A program made the position numbers and the translations under genes. From an uncultured Methanobacteriaceae archaeon (GTDB lineage: Archaea; Methanobacteriota; Methanobacteria; Methanobacteriales; Methanobacteriaceae), in the NCBI GenBank assembly GCA_964399835.1, contig CAYNSJ010000001.1:25132-89131 (forward strand): a stretch of 64,000 nucleotides of DNA, given 5' to 3'. The notes under the pieces are model-generated. The model was not told the DNA's origin, searched no databases, and saw only the letters and a list, made by a program, of their open reading frames with translations. Position 1 is the first letter of the stretch. Every line of letters begins with the position of its first letter. Below are positions 60,070 to 64,000 of this stretch, piece after piece.

Positions 60070-60428
60070 TTTATTTTATGTCCTCCTATTTAAAAAATAA
60101 TATATTTAATAAATATATATTTTTAAAGAATTTAATATTAAATAAATATTTTTATTCTTCAGTAATAATTTTGATAAAGTTTATATCTATACTTTACGTA
60201 TTTTTTGATTAATATTCCATAAATAATAATTAAAACTATTGTAATTGACTTTTTATCTTACTAAAATAGAAAAAATTTTTATTATAATCAAAAAATATTA
60301 TAATTTTTAGAATTATTTTATGATATTTTGTTTAAATTTATTATTAAAAAGAGTATTTGTTATTATTATTTGTGTCATAAAAAAAGTATTAAAATAAAAA
60401 AATAAATTGGTGAAGAAAATTATTCTAA

Positions 60429-61061
60429 TTAAATCATTCCAGGTATAATATATGATAAATAAGTTAATATTCCTGCAGTTAATATAGAAGTAAACCATAA
60501 TAGTTTATTCCATTTGAATATTTTAGATCCATCAAGCATTGGAATAGGTAATAAATTGAAGAATGCTAAAAAACTATTTATACTGAATCCTAACATTGCC
60601 ATCATTGTTAGTTCAAATGTTAAAGGATCTACAGCAGTATTTCCCGTTATAGGTTTAATTGCTACTTCTAATGCTAAGAAAATAATAGCTAATGCTATGT
60701 TTACGACAGGTCCAGCTAATGATATTTTTCCATTTTCTTCATCAGTAATTTCCTTGTATGAACTTATATATACTGCTCCTGGAGCTAAAAATATAAATCC
60801 AAATAAGCTGGTGATTACTGCTATTATTAAACCTTCATTCCACTTTTTAAATTCTGCAAAGAATCCATATTTTTGAGCCATATATTTATGTCCTAGCTCA
60901 TGTAATACAAAACCTAATCCTACACTTACTAAAGATACGGGTATTAATAATAAGAAATAATCTATTGATTTTGTAGTATTGAACATGTAGGCAAATAATA
61001 GAGTTATTACAGCGATGGTGATGATTAAATCTTTGGTTTCATTTTTTGTAAAATTTACCAT
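60429..61061 (-). CDS. M50-family (site-2 protease-like) membrane metalloprotease
   Basis: 210 aa with HELGH in TM2, a later NLLPIPMLDG motif, and multiple TM segments. Confidence 0.8.
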   Translation of the reverse strand: MVNFTKNETKDLIITIAVITLLFAYMFNTTKSIDYFLLLIPVSLVSVGLGFVLHELGHKYMAQKYGFFAEFKKWNEGLIIAVITSLFGFIFLAPGAVYISSYKEITDEENGKISLAGPVVNIALAIIFLALEVAIKPITGNTAVDPLTFELTMMAMLGFSINSFLAFFNLLPIPMLDGSKIFKWNKLLWFTSILTAGILTYLSYIIPGMI

Positions 61062-61285
61062 GTATTTTGTACTCCTCTTCTATTATTTTTCGTTATTTAG
61101 TTATTATATTTTTTACTTATTATTTCTATTGTAACTTTTATAATTCTAATATGTTATATAGTTATCTAGTTCTTTTTTTATTTCAGTTATTTGATTTTAA
61201 TTTTGAATATATTTAAATAAAGCATGATTTAGACTTTTATATAACAAAATTTTATAATAAAATAAAATTTAGGACTTAGATTTTT

Positions 61286-62296
61286 ATGAAAATAGAACAA
61301 GTATTAAACCAATTACATGATGAAAATATCGATTCAATGTTCTTATTTAAACCAGAGAACATTAAATATTTGACTGATTTTTATCCATCTAGTTATGGAT
61401 ATATTATTATTAAAGATGATGAACCTATTTTATATACTTCAAGTATTGATAAACACACTGCTGAAGAACAATCAGAAATTGAAACAAGGGATCTTCTAAA
61501 GTTAGCAGAAGTTAAAGAATTATTAACTGGTAATGTTGCAGTGGAATCTTCATTGGATATAGGTACATTAAAACGTATTGTTGATAATGTTGATTCAGTT
61601 AAAATATCTAATGTCATAGAAGATAATAGACAAATAAAAACAAAAGAAGAAATACAAAAAATTAGAGAGTCTATTAAGATAGCTATACATGGTATCCATC
61701 AAATTGATTTTACAAGTACTGAAAAGAATGCTGCAGCAACATTAGAATATGATATGACTATTAATGGTTCTATACGACCAGCTTTTGAAACGATTGTAGC
61801 TTCAGGTGCACGTTCAAGTGATCCTCATTCAGCAGCTTCAATGAATCGTGTTGAAACACCTATTGTTGTTGATTGGGGAGCTCAATATGATTATTATTGT
61901 TCTGATATTACTAGAACTTTTATTGAATCAGAAAGACAACAAGAAATATGGGATATTGTATTAGAAGCTCAAAAAGCAGGAATAGAAGCAGTTTCTACAG
62001 ATGTTAAAACAGCTGATGTTGATAAAGCTGCTCGAGATGTAATAGAAGAATATGGTTATGGTGAATATTATATTCATAGTACTGGTCATAGTTTTGGATT
62101 AGAAATACATGAACCGCCTTTTGCTTCTTATACCTCTGATGAGGTTTTAAAAGAAAATATGGTTACAACAGTTGAACCAGGTATATATATTCCAGGAGAG
62201 TTTGGTGTACGTATTGAAGATGATGTTCTTGTACAGAAAAAACCAGAAGTTTTAACAGGAAAACTTGATAAAAAATTAGATTTCTCGTTAGAATAA
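61286..62296 (+). CDS. M24-family Xaa-Pro aminopeptidase/dipeptidase
   Basis: 336 aa. Creatinase-like N-terminal domain, D.G..Y..YCSDITRTF, HSTGHSFGLEIHE, EPGIY and GVRIED (the pita-bread metal ligands). Confidence 0.88.
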   Translation: MKIEQVLNQLHDENIDSMFLFKPENIKYLTDFYPSSYGYIIIKDDEPILYTSSIDKHTAEEQSEIETRDLLKLAEVKELLTGNVAVESSLDIGTLKRIVDNVDSVKISNVIEDNRQIKTKEEIQKIRESIKIAIHGIHQIDFTSTEKNAAATLEYDMTINGSIRPAFETIVASGARSSDPHSAASMNRVETPIVVDWGAQYDYYCSDITRTFIESERQQEIWDIVLEAQKAGIEAVSTDVKTADVDKAARDVIEEYGYGEYYIHSTGHSFGLEIHEPPFASYTSDEVLKENMVTTVEPGIYIPGEFGVRIEDDVLVQKKPEVLTGKLDKKLDFSLE

Positions 62297-62414
62297 TTCC
62301 TTTTTATATTTTTTTTAATTATGTAGTTATAAGTTTTTAATTTTAAGTTATTAGTTATAATTAATATTTATATAATATAAAAGTAATACATATAGTTATA
62401 AAAAGTAATACATT

Positions 62415-63341
62415 ATGCAATATAAAATAATAACTAAAATAAGCAGGATAATAAACAGATTTATTCCTAATAACTATAAAGAATTAATCCAAGAAAATCT
62501 TATTCAAATAGGGTTATATATTAAAACTGAAGAATTAATTACACTTATACTCATAACTACATTTTTATTAAGTGTCATTACTGTAATTATTGCAATAATA
62601 ACTAATATGAATATAATTATATTTTTATTATTTGCATTAGTAACTCCTTCATTAAGTACAGTTCTATATATTATAAGAAAAAAACAAAGAAGAAAAGATA
62701 AAATAGAAAAAGATATACCTAATTTCTTAAGACAAATTGCATCTTTACTTAAAGCAGGTATGGGTACCGAATCAGCATTAGTTGAATTATCTAATACAAC
62801 AAAAGGACCTTTAAATGATGAGTTGAAAAGAGCAATAATAGAAATGAGGTTAGGTAATTCCTTTAACCATGCATTATTGGGTATTGCTAATCGTACTGAT
62901 TCAATAAATTTAAAACAAGCATTTCAAATAATTATACGTGGAAAAGAATCTGGAGGAAATTTAGCAAATATCTTAGAAATAGTTGCAAATGATTTAAAAG
63001 AAAGTATAGCACTAAAAAAAGAAAGAAAAGCAAGTGTTATGATGTCTGTAATGTTTTTATTAATTTCTTCTATTATAGCAGCTCCTTTTGCATTAGGTAT
63101 GATTCAGTTGTATTCTGAGTTTATAGAAAAAATTGGTAAAATTAATCCTTTAAGAGGTGTTATACCAATAGCAAGTATGGGATATATTATAATACATTCA
63201 ATATTAGTAAGTATATTATTAGGTATAGTTATTTACTCAGATAGTAAACAAGGAATAAAATATATGTTACTAATTGTACCCTCATCTTTAATAGTATATT
63301 ATCTTTCTAAATTTTTATTTATGCATATAATGGGTCTATAA
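62415..63341 (+). CDS. Second type IV pilus-like platform membrane protein with a single T2SS-F domain
   Basis: 308 aa. TM segments are followed by IPNFLRQIASLLKAGMGTESAL...LNDELKRAI.EMRLG...ALL (T2SSF domain) and C-terminal TM segments. The architecture matches 49567..50457. Confidence 0.72.
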   Translation: MQYKIITKISRIINRFIPNNYKELIQENLIQIGLYIKTEELITLILITTFLLSVITVIIAIITNMNIIIFLLFALVTPSLSTVLYIIRKKQRRKDKIEKDIPNFLRQIASLLKAGMGTESALVELSNTTKGPLNDELKRAIIEMRLGNSFNHALLGIANRTDSINLKQAFQIIIRGKESGGNLANILEIVANDLKESIALKKERKASVMMSVMFLLISSIIAAPFALGMIQLYSEFIEKIGKINPLRGVIPIASMGYIIIHSILVSILLGIVIYSDSKQGIKYMLLIVPSSLIVYYLSKFLFMHIMGL

Positions 63342-63356
63342 AAAGGAAGTGATATC

Positions 63357-63536
63357 ATGGATGAATCTGGACAAACTTCTGCAGAATTAATATTATTAAT
63401 ATCTGGAATAATAATTATTGTACTAAGTGCAGTAATATTATATGAGAATTATTTAGAAAATTTTAAAAATGAGATTAATAAAACAGAAGTAAATACACTT
63501 ATAAATAAAATAGATAGTATAAATAGTTATATTTAA
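63357..63536 (+). CDS. Class III signal peptide (archaeal type IV pilin-like) small protein
   Basis: Not in the ORF track (59 aa). My translation is MDESGQTSAELILLISGIIIIVLSAVILYENYLENFKNEINKTEVNTLINKIDSINSYI. It has an exact QxSxExxxL motif after a Gly, followed by a hydrophobic helix. GGAAGTGA lies 5 nt upstream of the ATG, and the ORF starts 16 nt after the platform gene. Confidence 0.7.
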   Translation: MDESGQTSAELILLISGIIIIVLSAVILYENYLENFKNEINKTEVNTLINKIDSINSYI

Positions 63537-63570
63537 AAAAAATTAAGAATTTAAAATAAAAAGAAGAAGA

Positions 63571-63954
63571 TTATTTAATGAAGTTATCTACCATATTTCG
63601 AGTTTCATTAAATGCTGCCATATCCATATGTTGAGGTAATCCACCTAATTCTCCTTCAACATCTTTTAATATTCCTTCACCAGCACCTAAAAACATTCCT
63701 TCACTAGTTAATCCTACAAATTCAGCAGGAGGTAACAATGCAACAGCAACCTTATCATTATCTTTTACAGTTAAATCATTAGTAATAACAGTAACTGCAC
63801 GAGTTTTAAGATTAACATTACAAACTTTCAAAGTATCTGTATCTGGATGATTACTTACACTAACTAATTCTCCAACTGCAATATCCACACCCATTATAGG
63901 ATCATCTATTGGACCTAATTTTAATCTAGCTGGTAATCCTCTAATAGTATACAT
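63571..63954 (-). CDS. tRNA-binding-domain (Trbp111/CsaA/EMAP-like OB fold) protein
   Basis: 127 aa. [17 protein letters not shown]....VTVIT ... [17 protein letters not shown] follows the tRNA_bind pattern (hP.ad.L.v..V..G ... S.GM.L). Confidence 0.6.
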   Translation of the reverse strand: MYTIRGLPARLKLGPIDDPIMGVDIAVGELVSVSNHPDTDTLKVCNVNLKTRAVTVITNDLTVKDNDKVAVALLPPAEFVGLTSEGMFLGAGEGILKDVEGELGGLPQHMDMAAFNETRNMVDNFIK

Positions 63955-64000
63955 GAAAAATTTTATTTTTGATAAAGGTAATTGAATTTTTTCACGTTGT

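Noticed and set aside
60313-60498. 61-aa minus-strand ORF in the spacer upstream of the adhesin-like gene, overlapping the 3' end of the M50 protease gene
   Set aside because: The composition is that of translated AT-rich spacer (F/I/N/Y/K-rich). It overlaps a well-supported gene and has no RBS or motif.
60429-61061. Whether the membrane protease between the two pilus loci could be the missing prepilin peptidase
   Set aside because: It carries HELGH and an NxxPxxxxDG-type motif, which mark a zinc M50 site-2 protease. It lacks the two-aspartate (GxGD) signature of A24 prepilin peptidases.

Overview
This is a very AT-rich, gene-dense archaeal chromosome segment, with about 60 protein genes on both strands. 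I could not recognise any rRNA or tRNA gene, CRISPR array, transposase or integrase.

The gene content points to a methanogenic euryarchaeon. It includes a YcaO 'methanogenesis marker 1'-type protein, an MtxX/marker-4-like protein, an MfnE-like kinase, archaeal riboflavin genes (ArfB-like and ArfC-like), pantoate kinase, aTrm56, Pth2, aEF-1beta, SRP19, L37e and an Sm-like protein. The extreme AT bias and an Asn/Thr-rich surface protein carrying Pmp-type repeats fit a host-associated Methanobacteriales such as Methanosphaera or Methanobrevibacter. That placement is inference, not a search result.

Most of the window is housekeeping:
- carAB, glmS and purC-purS-purQ
- scattered tetrapyrrole and corrinoid genes (cbiJ, cobA-hemD, hemL-cbiC, cobZ-like-cobS)
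- pycB, queC, larC, uppS and myo-inositol-1-phosphate synthase
- a P-type ATPase, an archaea-specific SF2 helicase and a RecJ-like DHH protein

The parts I consider worth a second look are:
1. A type IV pilus-like (Epd/Tad-like) machinery split over two loci about 11 kb apart. One locus has the ATPase plus a single-domain platform protein at 49.6-51.8 kb. The other has a second single-domain platform protein plus a 59-aa class-III-signal pilin ORF absent from the ORF track at 62.4-63.5 kb.
2. A nicotianamine-synthase-like gene followed by a tandem pair of QueG-like Fe-S paralogs. The pair carries a 222-bp perfectly identical internal tract, which looks like gene conversion.
3. A tightly packed ycaO-pth2-kinase-Zn-ribbon-aEF-1beta gene string with no adjacent tfuA.
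4. A larC-queC-Cys-rich protein cluster.
5. Sequon-rich secreted proteins with in-frame tandem repeats.

None of these can be shown to be a new system from sequence inspection alone. All functional calls rest on motif recognition by eye.
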